64,000 bases of DNA, taken from positions 2,333,003 to 2,397,002 of the forward strand of contig MU058065.1 in assembly GCA_013265495.1 (NCBI GenBank), written 5' to 3'. This DNA comes from Vicugna vicugna. Lineage: Eukaryota. Numbering within the stretch: position 1 is the first letter of the stretch; each line of letters starts with the position of its first letter. Made by a program: the position numbers and the translations under genes. The notes under the pieces are model-generated. The model was given only the letters and a program-made list of their open reading frames with translations, made no database searches and was not told the DNA's origin. Of this stretch, positions 48,893-61,270 are shown in pieces.

Positions 48893-49334
48893 GAATGCGA
48901 GGACATTTTTAGCAGCCCAGCCCAGCATTCTTGCTGAAATGGAAGTTCTTTTTTTTTTTCCCCTTTTGTTGAAAATAAATGGTTATTGTTCTCCCTTCAC
49001 TGGCTTTTCATTTATCTAAAAAGTGGCCTAGTGTCTTCTCTTCATTAATTCAAGTTCCCCAAATTTTAATTTAAACATGTCAGGAAACAGAGATGAATCT
49101 CAGGGAATTCTAGGCTACTAGGCCCAAGGAGTAAGTGGATCACAGTGTTTCATATTGCAAGTCCCAGTAGTAGAAAATTTGCATAGTTTATTTCAAAGAC
49201 TGTACAGGATAATATCTTTGGGACTGATGATAAATACAGTTGATCAATTTAAAATTTTAGTTTTTGTTGTTACAGGTGATAGCTCCCCCCCAACTTTTTT
49301 TTTAACAAGCATCTAACTTTGGGAAGAGCAAGCA

Positions 49335-49570
49335 GTGTGGGATAATTATTAAGTGAGCACACCCTGATGACTTCATGCCCGGGCTTGAATCAGCTCTGTC
49401 ACTTACTGGCTGTGTGATCTTGTGTAAGTTACTTAGCCTCTCTGCGTCCTAGTTTCCTGATGTTTAAAGAGAACGTCATTATGGTGCCTACATCTCTGGG
49501 AGGTTGTTATGGCCGAATCAATTAATCTATGTAAAGGTGCTTAGAATGGTACCTGGCATATGGGACATGT
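49335..49570 (+). mobile_element. MIR SINE
   Basis: gctctgtcacttactggctgtgtgatcttgtgtaagttacttagcctctctg...tgtaaaggtgcttagaatggtacctggcata. Confidence 0.75.
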
Positions 49571-50617
49571 GCTTAGTTAGGATATGTTATGCAGATTCAA
49601 AATTCAGCTTGTTAAGCTTTAGTAAATTAAAATAAACATCTCTTCTGTCCAGAAACAGACAGGCTTTAAACTAATCAGGGAGGCAAAATTTAGATTAATA
49701 CCAACACTCTTGCAAGTCCTCATAAAATATAAACATTGTCATATAAAATTCCTTCTGTTTCATTGTCGTATTTCCAAAGATTAGTCAAGATCAAGGTTTC
49801 TATCAGACTCTTCAAGAGACCCAGTTAAAACAGGATCTATTCTCATTAGAATTATATTTTGAAAAGAAGATTTTGAGTTATTATTTCTACAGAGTATGTT
49901 TGATGGATTTTTCCATTTTTAATTTATATTTTGATTTTATAAATAATTCACATGGTTTAATAGTCATAAGTATGAGTGATAAATACATTGACTTTAATTA
50001 GGTTTCTAATTTAGCTCCAAGACTCAACAGTATTATGACATCATTTTACTCATAATGTAATTTTAAACTAAAATATTTAAAGCTTCCATTTTAATTTCAG
50101 ATGAATTAAAAACTTAAAGTATAACCACAACCTTTCCCAAGATATGAAAGCTTCATTCCTTCTCCAACCCCCCCCCCAAAACCCAGCTTTCTTTAGTTTG
50201 ACACAGTATTGCTAATTGATTGCTAGAGAAAAGAGCAACTAATATTTTAGTTTTCAATGATTTGATGGTTAATTTCACCCCAGGTGAAAATGATTTCATT
50301 GGCCCTTTTTCCTTAAAATAATTATCTCTATTAAAAAAGAGAAAATCTATTACAGAAATAAATTCTTCAAGACAAATGGTTTTGGTATATTTGTCAACAT
50401 TTAAACATTATTTTTTAAAATTCCAGTCATCTGGGACATACATAAGACTGTTGAGTTTGTCTTGGTCCTCAGTTATCAATAATCAAGAATGCTGTCAACT
50501 GCTTTTTTCTTAACTTTTTCTTTTGACACAATTTCAGACTTACAAAAAGCTGCAAGAGTGGTACAGAGAATTCCCACGTGCCCTCCCCAGTTCTCCAAAT
50601 GTTAATATTTTACCATA

Positions 50618-51278
50618 TGTGAAAACGAGAGCAGTCATCAGTGAGACCCTTTAACTATAACTTGCTTAATAAATAATATCCTGGAACCTACCTTCTCTGA
50701 GAAAGCTCACTTTAATTTTTGCAAGTTGTATACCCTTTAAGCTTCCTGTAGTCTTGGTTATCTGCATCACAGGACTCCCTAACTGCCTCCAAGGATAATA
50801 ATCTCTGACAAACGCGTTGCTATAGTAATGGTATCTTAAGTTGTTCTTCAGGAACTTGGAGTTGGCTCTTGTCCAGTTCAAGCTGGCTAAAATTGGTTGG
50901 GACCACTGACCCTCAAACTGGACCTGTGCAGCTGTCCAATGAATGGCCTTTTGACGTCAGAGGGTCAAAATTCCACCCTCAGGTCATGCTAATGCCATAA
51001 TTTTCTGAACATGCATCCCATGAACAGCATGTAACTCAAATACGTCCGCACAGAGCAGAGATTGCCTCACTTTTTCCCTGCCTCCAGTCACGTATATCCT
51101 ACACATCCAACCACCCTATACTCTTCACCCATAAATATCCCAAGCTCCTCCCCTTCGGCGACATGGACTTGAGAATTGTTCTCCCATCTCCTCCCTTGGC
51201 TCCCCTGTGAATAAGCCTTTTCTCTGCTGCAAACCTCAGTGTCCCAGCTATTGGCTCGCTGCGCTTTGGGCAAACACA
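50618..51278 (+). mobile_element. Probable ERV solo LTR nested in an old L1
   Basis: Begins tgtgaaa; TATA-like ccataaata (~51129); aataagccttttctctgctgcaaacc...gtgtc...attggct R/U5-like end; interrupts L1ME-like antisense sequence; boundaries approximate. Confidence 0.6.
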
Positions 51279-52309
51279 TTTAATAGATACTTTGAGACTC
51301 TATGAACCACCTCTTACTCTTCAAATTTTCACCCGCTAGTCTTACCACCCATTGGTCATTTTTGCTTGAAGATTTTCTTGGTGTTCACCAAGACTACTCG
51401 ATGATTTTTTTCCCCAGCATTTGTTCTACGTTTTTTCATTGCTTTCTACTGTAAGAAAACCTTTTCCTTTCCCCCAACTTGCTTGCTTGTTGTTTATAAA
51501 TCAATCAATCCACGTAGACTCATGAATTCTTATTTTATCCACTAGACTATAATCCTTTACTATTATTATTTTGTTGCTTGGATCAATTCAGATTTTTCCC
51601 GTGGGAGCCCTTTCAGGTTGGTTCTCATGTCCTCTTGACATGTCACTATCATTTTTTGCTTACTTTCTGGCACAACAAGATATTTTGGGTTTTTCTTGTA
51701 CTTTTCCTGTGTCAGCCCTGGTATCTTCCTTTTCTTCAAATTTTGTTTCCTTTCATGGAATATAGAAGCAAGATTTGGGTTTTGGGTGGGCTTGTTGCTT
51801 CTGGGGTATCACTGCTTTTAGGCCTTTCAAAGGAGAGAGCTTAGGAAATAGATGTACATATACACATACACATGTGCGTACCTACACACACCTACTTCTA
51901 TTCTGTCCCTCTATGATGACTCTTAATGATAATTACAATTGCTGTCCAACCCCACAGAGTTCATGCTACCATTCACTCTCTCTGCATTTATAACTCCCTT
52001 CTACGACAGTGGGAAGCCTGTCTCCCATGACCCATTATATATTTATGTACTTGTCAAATCCTAGGATTTACAGGAAATAGCTTGAGAATTCCTAATCTAT
52101 ATCTCTGTGGACGGAAAAGGCGGAGGACTTGGGGGAAGGAGAGAGAGGAGGGAGAATTTGTTTCCTAAATTCAGGTCCAGTATTTGAGGGTTCTCCATCT
52201 CTAACCTGAGGGGATACAGTCCCCCAAATTACCCCCTGCAGATTCTGGATTTGTTAGCCTCCATAGTTGCATGTGCCAATTTTTAAAAACAAATATCTCT
52301 CTCTCTCCA

Positions 52310-52797
52310 CAGCCCTTCCTTGACTATTTACGTGGTTACAACCCAATAAACCCATCATAAGTTTAAAAATGCGCTTAATACACCCGACCTTCCAAACATC
52401 ATAACTTAGCCTAGTCTACCTTAAACTTGCTCAGAACACTTATGTTAGCCTACAGTTGGCAAAATCACCTAACACAAAGTCTGTTTTATAACAAAGTGTT
52501 AAATATCTCGTGTAATATTTTGGATACTGTGCTGGAAGTGAAAAACAGAATGGCTGTGCGGTCCGGGGTGGGGTTAATCGTGTGCGTTGTTCACCCACGT
52601 GATCACTTGGCTGCTGGGAGCTGTGATCACTGCCACTACCCGACATCACAGGAGAGTGTCCGGCCACGTATCACTACCCCTGGAAAATTGCAAAATGCAA
52701 AATTTGAAGTATGGTTTCTACTGAATATGTATTGCTTTTGTAACATGGTAAAGTTGAAAAATCGTAAGTCAAACCATTGTAGATCGGGGACTGTCTG
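52310..52797. mobile_element. MER47/Tigger5-family MITE, copy 2
   Basis: Colinear homology with 16877-17349 (e.g. cagttggcaaaatcacctaacacaaag); ends atcggggactgtctg-TA. Confidence 0.8.
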
Positions 52798-53216
52798 TAC
52801 ACGCACATCCTGTTGGTTCGGTTTGTCTAGGAAACCCTGACTAATACAGATGTGAAACATTAACCTGCATCCAAATGTTAGAACTGGACTGAAAGCTAAA
52901 CGTAGAGAAGTGACATTCCTAGATTTTTCCACTCCCATCTCACCTACCCTCCCTGGGTGAAAAGCCGGACGGTGCCAGATTTGGGTTCCTTGGGTAAAAG
53001 GAGCGGACATGTGTGTTTTCTTGTTTGCTCTTTTTTCTTACAGGAAGGTGGCCTACTGTATAGATACCCTTGCACTTGGCTTTCTTCATTTTAAAATATA
53101 TCCTGGGATCCACCCACATCAGCTCACAGAACCTGTTCCCCGCAGCCTGCCAACAGGCTGTGTCGTCATACTGTTTAATTTTTGTTGGCCAACAAGGTGA
53201 GAAATCTCTAGTTTTA

Positions 53217-53314
53217 TTCTATTTCTTTATTTTTTAATGGAGGTACTGGGGATTGAACCCAGGACCTCATGCATGCTAAACCTGCACTCTACCGCTGAGC
53301 TCTACCCTCCCCCT
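53217..53314 (-). mobile_element. tRNA-derived SINE (Vic-1-like) with perfect 17-bp TSD
   Basis: taatggaggtactggggattgaacccaggacc...ctgagctctaccctcccc; TSD agaaatctctagtttta at 53200-53216 and 53315-53331. Confidence 0.9.
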
Positions 53315-53448
53315 AGAAATCTCTAGTTTTAATTTGCATTTCAAAGGTTGAATATCTTTTCATATGTTTAAGGACCATTTAAAACATTGTGTGATGTCAC
53401 TTATACCGCAGTAGAAAACAAAAACAAAAAGCAAGCAAAAATAATCCA

Positions 53449-53453
53449 TGTGC

Positions 53454-53509
<56 letters not shown>

Positions 53510-53543
53510 TAGAGAGACAGAGACAGAGAGAGAGAGAGACAGA
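53449..53543. repeat. Compound microsatellite (TG)n-(AG/AC)n
   Basis: Long uninterrupted TG run followed by agagagacagagacagagagag. Confidence 0.95.
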
Positions 53544-54037
53544 GGTTCTCCTGTCAGGTGTTTTGATCCTTTCACCCTCAACTCTGAGGAATTCTTTCTA
53601 TGTTAGGGAAGTAGCCCTTTATCTGTGTTGCCAATCATTCCCCCCGACCCCCAGTTTTTCATTTGTCTTTTGATTTTTGATTTATGGTATTTTTTTCCTG
53701 CATGAAATTAAACAAATTTCTTTCTGAGTAGTCAAATTAATCAGTCTTTTCTCTTATTGATTTTGGCTCTTGCTAGCAAAACTTCCCTATACACAGGTTA
53801 AAGAGGAATTTATATATGTTTTCTTTAGTCTTTGTATGATTCCCACCCTCCTCCCCTCTTTCCTTCCTTCCTTCTCTTTCTCTTCCTTCCTTCCTTCCTT
53901 TTCTCTCTTACATTTAGATTCCTGGTTCATGTGCAGTTTACTCTCATATGTGCAGTGACATATGGACCCAGCTTTATCTTTTTCCAAATGGTAAATCAGT
54001 GTCCCAGAAGCATTTATTAAAAATTCATCTTTGACTC

Positions 54038-54324
54038 TTGGACATAGAAAACAAACTGTGGTTATCAAAGGGGAAGGAGGTGGGGGAGGGATAAATTAGG
54101 AGCCTGGGATTAGCAGATACACACTCCTATATATAAAAGTAGATAAACAACAAGGACCTACTGTATAGCACAGGGAACTATATTCAGTTTCTTGTAATGA
54201 GCTATAATTGAAAAGAATCTGAAAATATATATGTATATATATGTATGTATAAATGAATTGCTTTGCTGTACACCTGAAACTAACATTGTAAGTGAACTGT
54301 ATATCAATAAAAAATAAAATTTAA
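54038..54324 (+). mobile_element. 5'-truncated L1 3' end with degenerate TSD
   Basis: gacatagaaaacaaact...gggattagcagatacacact...ctgtatagcacagggaactatattc...aataaaaaa; flanks aaaaattcatctttgactc / aaaagtccgtctttgcctc. Confidence 0.85.
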
Positions 54325-55954
54325 AAAAGTCCGTCTTTGCCTCAGTGATTCGAGATATGAGCTACTAGCCTGTCATAAAGTTCCAGATACACTCGGGTCT
54401 GTTTCCTGACTGTGTATGCCGTCCCCGGGTCATTACTCCTGCCCCAGTGCTGCACTGCTTCAGTTATCAAGACTTTACAGTATGTGTTAGTGTCTAGCAG
54501 GGCCAGTCTCATGTTGTAGTTCTTTTTAAATGTTTCCTGATTGATGGTGAATGTTTATTTTTCCATATAAACTTTATTTCTACTTGTCTAGCTCTACAGA
54601 CTATGCCTTGGCATTTTTATTGGGATGAATTTTTTATAAATTAACTTAGAACTGACATCTTCATAATGCTGAGTCATCTTACGTGAAGTAAAGATTGTGT
54701 TCCTTTTGCTCACATCTACTTTGTGTCTTTCAGGAAAATTTCATTTTTCCTCTGTGCTTTCGCACATGTTGTGTTAAATTTATTCCCAAGTGTTTTTTTT
54801 TTTTTCATTTTTGTTGATATGGTAAATGCAGGTTTCTCCAAGTATTATGTCCTCTAACCAGTAATTGTGTACATAAAGGTTATTGATTTTTTTCTTTTGA
54901 AATTATAGCCTGCTTCTTCACTGAATTCTCTTATTGTCTGAGCGCTGAGTGCTTTTAAACAATTTTGTGTTTCTCTCTTCCCCCAAAACACCTGTTAGTC
55001 TTCATTAAACCTGGACATCAATGATATAGTGATAATGAAGTACTTGAAAATTTTTTCTGCTACATTTAAATCACAACTTGTGAAAGCAGATAGATGAAAA
55101 TGAAGAAATGTACATTTTAATGTAGCATTATTTCAAATCTTCATATTTAATTATGGTAAAAAAATGTCAAAGTCCTAATTATGCAGTGAAGTTAAATTTG
55201 TGGCTGGTGTCTGGGAATGTGGTGCATACTTCTTTTCCACAGCTCCATGCAAATTCTTTAGAAAAACTTTAACCATTGTTTACAAATATTAAGCAGACTG
55301 TACTTGTGTGAATTTGAAATCATTCAAATCTTGAGTAACATATTGGGTAAAGGGCAGGGAGAAACCTGCACATATTTTTTAGATTTGAGATTTCCAAAAG
55401 GCAGTAGACAAAAGTAGTTTTTTTTTCCAATCTAATGTTTTATGTGTTAAAATGTATTAAGGATGGTACACAATTAAGCACCTAATTGTGTTGAAAATGC
55501 AGTTGAACATTTAGGAAAATTCTCCCTGGTTGCCAAGTTGCTTCTGTACTCCTATAATCATTTCAATTGCTCTTTAATCCCCCTATTTAAACTATTTATC
55601 TGCACCCAAATGAATGCAGTGGAATCTTCGATTAAATTCAGAGGGCTGGGTTTATTTACACCTATTGCCTAAGACTCAAAACCAAGTCACAGCAGGATCC
55701 AGAGGGGCATTTGCATCTCAGAAAATAAAATACTATTACAGAATTTATCTCAGTGTTTGCACTTAGTGTTCAGAAATCAAATATTCAAAGGAACATAAGA
55801 GGACGGGTATGTGCTTTGAGTAAGTCTTGAAGCCAGGTTGCCCTTTTTATGGCACCAGGGGGCTCAGAGCTAATTCAGTGGAAAAAATTATGTGCAATAT
55901 ATTCTTCCAGATGACTTTGGTGAAATGCAGGAATATGGGATTATCACTTTGAAC

Positions 55955-56416
55955 TGTCTACTAAAATAAATGCGCAGCCTAAAAGTTGAAAGTTACATTT
56001 TATTTGGTGGGAGGACTCGAGCTATGATGACAGCCCCTCAGATGGCTCTGAGGGACTGCTCCGAAGAGGTAGGGGAGGAGCTAGGATATATAGGAGCTTT
56101 ACAACAAAGACAACAAAGTTAGAACAATAAAAGATTACTTGTTATCTAAAGAAAACCAGGCATCTCAAGTTAAAGAATTTAACACTTTTCTATGTATGGG
56201 AGGAAGCAAAGCTCACTGAATCCTTTGACAAGCACCTAGCTATCTAGGGCCAGTATCCTGTCCTTTCTTATTCTGAGTCCCCTCAGAGTGCACCATTGTG
56301 AGTGGCTGCAGAGGCTGGGCTGCAGGCTTGTCTGGGAGGTGGTGGCAGCCACTGGTGACTTGATGGCTTCAGCATTCTTTGTTTACTGATATGGTTTGCA
56401 GTATTTTTCGTTCACA
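55955..56416 (-). mobile_element. ERV1-class solo LTR (MER41-like cetartiodactyl family, tentative)
   Basis: TG...CA termini; 4-bp flanks gaac/gagc; minus-strand TATA (cctatatatcc, ~56085-56092) then AATAAA (tttatt, 55999-56004) in the expected order. Confidence 0.75.
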
Positions 56417-56590
56417 GAGCCAACTGATGATTTCAACAAAGTCAAGTTAAGAAGTAGAGCACTGAAGATCCAAGGTTTCAAAGAGGATAAATTTGATTCA
56501 TTTGTTTCTTGATTGATTGATTCATTCAAACATCCTCATCACATATTTAGTTACTGGCATCAGTTTAAGCAAAACACTGGGGCAGTGGCT

Positions 56591-56720
56591 GGGGAGGGTG
56601 TAGCTCAGTGGTAGAGAGCATGCTCAGCATGAACAAGGTCCTGGGTTCACTTCCCAGTACCTCTGTTAGAAAAAATAAACTAAATAAATAAACCTAATTA
56701 CCTCCCCTCCCCCCTAAAAG
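56591..56720 (+). mobile_element. tRNA-derived SINE (Vic-1-like), long-tailed form
   Basis: ggggagggtgtagctcagtggtagag...cctgggttcacttcccagtacctc, then an A-rich tract, aacctaattacctcccctccccc and a second A tract. Confidence 0.85.
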
Positions 56721-57329
56721 AAACAGTAGGGATATAGCAATAAATAAACATGTAAATCTCTGCGCGCTGGATTTTAGAGTACACCACGATGGAATAAAAC
56801 AGACAGGGTGAGCTGAAACTTTGGGGTCCAGGGACTATCGATAATTTATCTGGACCTTAATTGAAATTCCAGGGTCTTTTGGGCAGTAACACAGAATTTA
56901 GTAAGAAGGAGAAGTCCATCTTCCTGGGAAGCTTCAGGTAATTGTAAATGACTCTTACTTGTGTGGAGAGGGGAGCACCGCGTAGGATGCAAAGATGGTT
57001 AGTGAAAGACTAGTTAGATTGGTTGGTGAAGAGTCCCTCGGGGATATAGGTATAGATACACAACTTTAATAAAGGGTTTCCCTGGGGAAAAGACAGAAAA
57101 CTGTGAGTAGGAAGTTGTGCAGAAAATACTGCATATTAAAGATTTTTATAACATGTAGAGGTACATGCATTTTCTTCTCTTTAATTTACAGCTTTTCCCG
57201 CATTGGTTCCCTCTAATGGTAATCTTAAAAAACTCTAATGTTTCTTCCCATTTACCTCATTTTTATAAAAATAAATTTGAAACTGTCTGTCTTTAAAGAG
57301 TAGCTCTTTCATGCTCGGAAAAAAAAGGC

Positions 57330-57470
57330 ACAAAATTATATATTTTATCATATATATTTTATATTATACAATTTATTATATATATAATATATTTTATATT
57401 TTAAAATTTATTTTACTTGTATAGTTATCATATATTTTATATTCTATATTTTTACTAAATTTTGTTTTTG
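57330..57470. repeat. AT-rich low-complexity tract
   Basis: Almost exclusively A/T, with degenerate tatatattttat units. Confidence 0.8.
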
Positions 57471-60400
57471 AATCCAATGCTCATATTTTAGCACGGGGGC
57501 GGGGCAGGCCAATTCTTTAGGACACCTAACGTCTTCAGCACTCTGTGTTCTTGTTATTCGTTGCTTTCTCTTTGCATTTGTGTCTTTTCTCTGATTTTAG
57601 GCAGTTCATTTAACAATCTGAATCAGAGCTGAACTAATTTCTCTATTCAAAACACATTTGCTGCCTGCATATGGTTTTAAATTGTGTTCATTTGAGGCCA
57701 AGCCTGTCTGGACATAAAATTACATCTTCACCCCTTGTTTTATAAGCACGTTGGTGCTGATTCTTCTCCCAATGGCCTGGCATGGCTGCACCTCTCGTGT
57801 GGGCCCACTGTGGGGTCACCTGCAGCGCAGAGCAGGTGCGGGAGGATGGGGGCTTGCTCTGTTTTAGTCTCAGTGCTATGTTCTTTATCTGTGTTATTTG
57901 ACTTAATCCTTTTAAAAACCCTCTGTGGTAGGAACTATCTTCACTCCTACTTGACAGATGAAGAAATGGTCCTCAAATTCTGTTTTTTTGTGCTATCTGC
58001 CCAAGCATTGATTCTGGCATCCCAGAGGAAGCCCAGGGAAATGCTAATGAACACCTTCAAGACAGCATTGAGTAGAAAGAGCATGGCCTTTGGTCCCAGA
58101 CTTATCTGGAATTGAATTCCAGTGCTGCTGCTCATTGGCTCTGTTAATATTTGCGAGTTAGACAAACATCCTGGGCACTCAATTCCTTCATTACCTGGAA
58201 AAGGAGTCCAATCATATCATGTATATAAAGAGCAAGGTGTTTAAAGTAGCTAGTCTAGTATCCATAGTAGGTAATAAATGTTAGTTTCTTTCCTGTCCCT
58301 CCCTTGAATGAGGCATGATGGTAATAAAGTGGAGGTTGAACCTGCTTTGGGGAAGCTGATGGAGAAGAGAGTGTGTGGGATGTGCCCCTTGAGGCAAAGC
58401 TCCCTTTGGGGTGGAGAGTGAGGTTCATGGCCCTGATTGCATCCTGAGTTCCTTTTTCATGGCCTAAAAAGAACACAGGGTGCTTTAACAGACGGCTGAT
58501 TCTGGGCAGTGCATGCATGTCTTCCTTGGCTCAGCCCCTAGGGTGCTTTTCACCAGTTAAAGAAGACGCCTATAAAATCTGAGTGAGCAGGGTTTCTAGG
58601 TATGGGTGAGGCCACCTCTCCGAGGGTAGCCAGGAGTGCTGTGGAGTCGTGGAGGGGAAGCACTCGTGGGTCAGCAGTAGACCTGTTGGCCAAGAATCCC
58701 TTTGGAGCCAGAAAGGAAGGGAAGGGGCTCAGAGAATCTGGAGCCCAGGAGCATTCCTTAGTGGGATCTTGAAGTGAGTTCCATTTTGATTCATTCAAAC
58801 ATTTGTTCAGCAATGAGTCACTCACCAGGTGTTCATTGAGCACCAGCCCACCCTGCAAAGCCTTGGGCATCGGGAGTGCGGGCGGCGTGGCCAAGGGCGT
58901 GGGCTGCAGAGCCCACCGTCTGGACTGGGGGCCTCTTAGGAGCTGTGTGGCCTCGGACCAGCTATTTAACCTCTGGCTTGAGATTTCTTTATCCATAAGG
59001 TGGGGAGGGTAATTACTTGCAGTGAAGATTAAATCAGTCCATACATATACAGTGTTTTGAACCCTGCCTGCCGCCTGCCATATACTCAATGCCTAGTGAA
59101 TTTTAACTTTTTTCATGCCCCAGCCAGGAGATAGATATTCAAAGAATAATAATGTATCTCAGAAACCTGCAAGTCACCCAGAGGCCCCTAATCGCCGGCA
59201 GGTGGAATCTAGGAACCCTTGTCAAGGTGAAGATAATGCGGGGCAAGTCTCCCACCCATTTCCCAGTTCTGCTTGGTGAGCGGGTGTTTGAAGGACCCCA
59301 GCTGCATCCCATGGTTTCATGACTCTTTCTTCTCTTGGTTTCCAGCTGGCCTTTTGTACTTATGCCCTCTCTTCGGGGGACAGAGACCACCGTGTAACGG
59401 GAGCCACCCCAGTCCGGGGAGTGCCGTCAATTTGGACAAGTTGCAGTGGGACTCTTTCAAGCCTGTGGAGTGGGGTGGAAGTTTTGAAGGTTACAAGTTT
59501 AATGCAATTGAAAAGTGCCTACGAGAGCACTGAATCCAATCCGCCAGCTCTTCCCTGACCCCGAGAGCTGGTGAGGCTCAGTGACTTGAACACCCAGAGC
59601 AAAGACAAGGCAAAGGCAAGACTAGAACCCAGCTCTCCAAGTCTCAACACGAGCTCCTGGGATTTTAGAGCTGAAAAGGCCCCTGAGCAGTACATGGTCC
59701 TAACTTACTACTTTTATAGTTGATAACACTAATGCTCAGCATGGCTGAATGGCAATACATTACTGGCCCTACGTCTTAGCTCCACTGAATTTGAGCTGAC
59801 TTTCTTGTTCAGTAAGTTATATTTGAAAAGATAGCTACTAATTATATAAAAAAAAAGTTCCTAAGAATGGCCCTGGTGCATAATGGACATTTTCCCACTT
59901 AACACCTCTAATTTTTTTAGATTGGAGAAAAAAGGTTCCGACTGGCAGCTATTACTCAAAATGAACACAGGGGGTCTCCACTGAGATGTCTTGACTTGAA
60001 ATTAGCTCAGTCTTTTGGTCTTCATTGAAAGCCTTACTATACCCAACTCTCGTAAGATTGTAAGAATCTAGTCTTTAAATTGGCAGGGTCAAAAAAATGT
60101 TATTCGCTGCTCTGAGAGCTTCATTTGACCAGAAGTCAAATTCTGAGCTAATATTCACACTCCCCTTTTGCCTGAAAGTGTAGGTTTAGTGCAAGAGGAC
60201 TATCTAGGTGTGTTGAATGATTACTAAATGGGAGCAATGAAAAGTATGGGACACTCCCAATCTGAGCCCTTAACGACTTACTCTAAACCCTGGAACACAT
60301 CTCCTGAGTTGGCATTTCTTGGGCGGGGCTGGCACGTGTATCTTTCATGTGTTCCCTCCCAGGGCTACACACCAGAGTTTGTGATCCCCTGACTCTAACG

Positions 60401-60694
60401 AGCAGGGCCAGAGTTCTCAGGGCTTCCAGTGGCCCCAGCAGCATTTTTCCAGTGGGTATTTGTGTTTTCCCTGCCTATCTATTGGACACAGACGCGTGTC
60501 CAGGGTGGTGATTCCATCCCTCAGGCTGGAGGAAAGAGTGTGAATGGTGTGTGCAGCACAGGGAACCCTTTCCAGACTTGTGCTCAAAAATGCTGGGAGG
60601 TTTGGAGTCAAGAAAGAAGAGCACAAGAATAAAGGAAAGCTCAAAGTCAGGATAAAATACGTGCTGGGGGCTGAAAGGTCACCTTAGGGGAAGG

Positions 60695-60998
60695 ATAGTG
60701 GACTTTGGAGGCAGGGATGCCCAAATCTGAACCCAAATCTGAATCACTATGCTGTACACCAGAAACTAACATAGCCTTGTAAATCAACTATACTTCAATA
60801 TTTAAAAAAATTGTTAGTAGGTAATAGATACCGGCTATTAATCTTACCTTTAATACAAATATTCTGCCCTTTTGACTCTAGGAGTTGGGTGAAACGAATC
60901 TGAACCCCAGCTCCGCACTTAACTAGTGAGGTGATCTTAACAAGTTCCTCACCAGTCTGAGCTTCAGTTTCCTCATCTCCAAACGGGGGACAATAACT
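60695..60998 (+). mobile_element. MIR interrupted by a ~160-bp insertion
   Basis: gactttggaggcag...aatctgaaccc[insert]aatctgaaccccagctccgcactt...gtgatcttaacaagtt...cagtttcctcatct rejoins into the MIR core. Confidence 0.7.
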
Positions 60999-61270
60999 TA
61001 GATGGAACCTTTGGAGCATCTCAGTTCTTTCCAAAATGTGTGACTAGGGAGAAAATGAGGGTAAAATAAGTGTGATCAGAGAGAAAATAAGAATCGGAGA
61101 GGAAATTATGTGGTTGAAGAAGACAGATGAAGAAGGGGCTGAGCCTGCACTGAAAACCTCATGGCTGAATGGATTACTGCTAATTGTTTGCTTCACCCAA
61201 GTCCTAGAGTCAAAAGGGCAGAATATTTGTATTAAAGATAAGATAATAGCCAGTATCTAATACCTATTAC

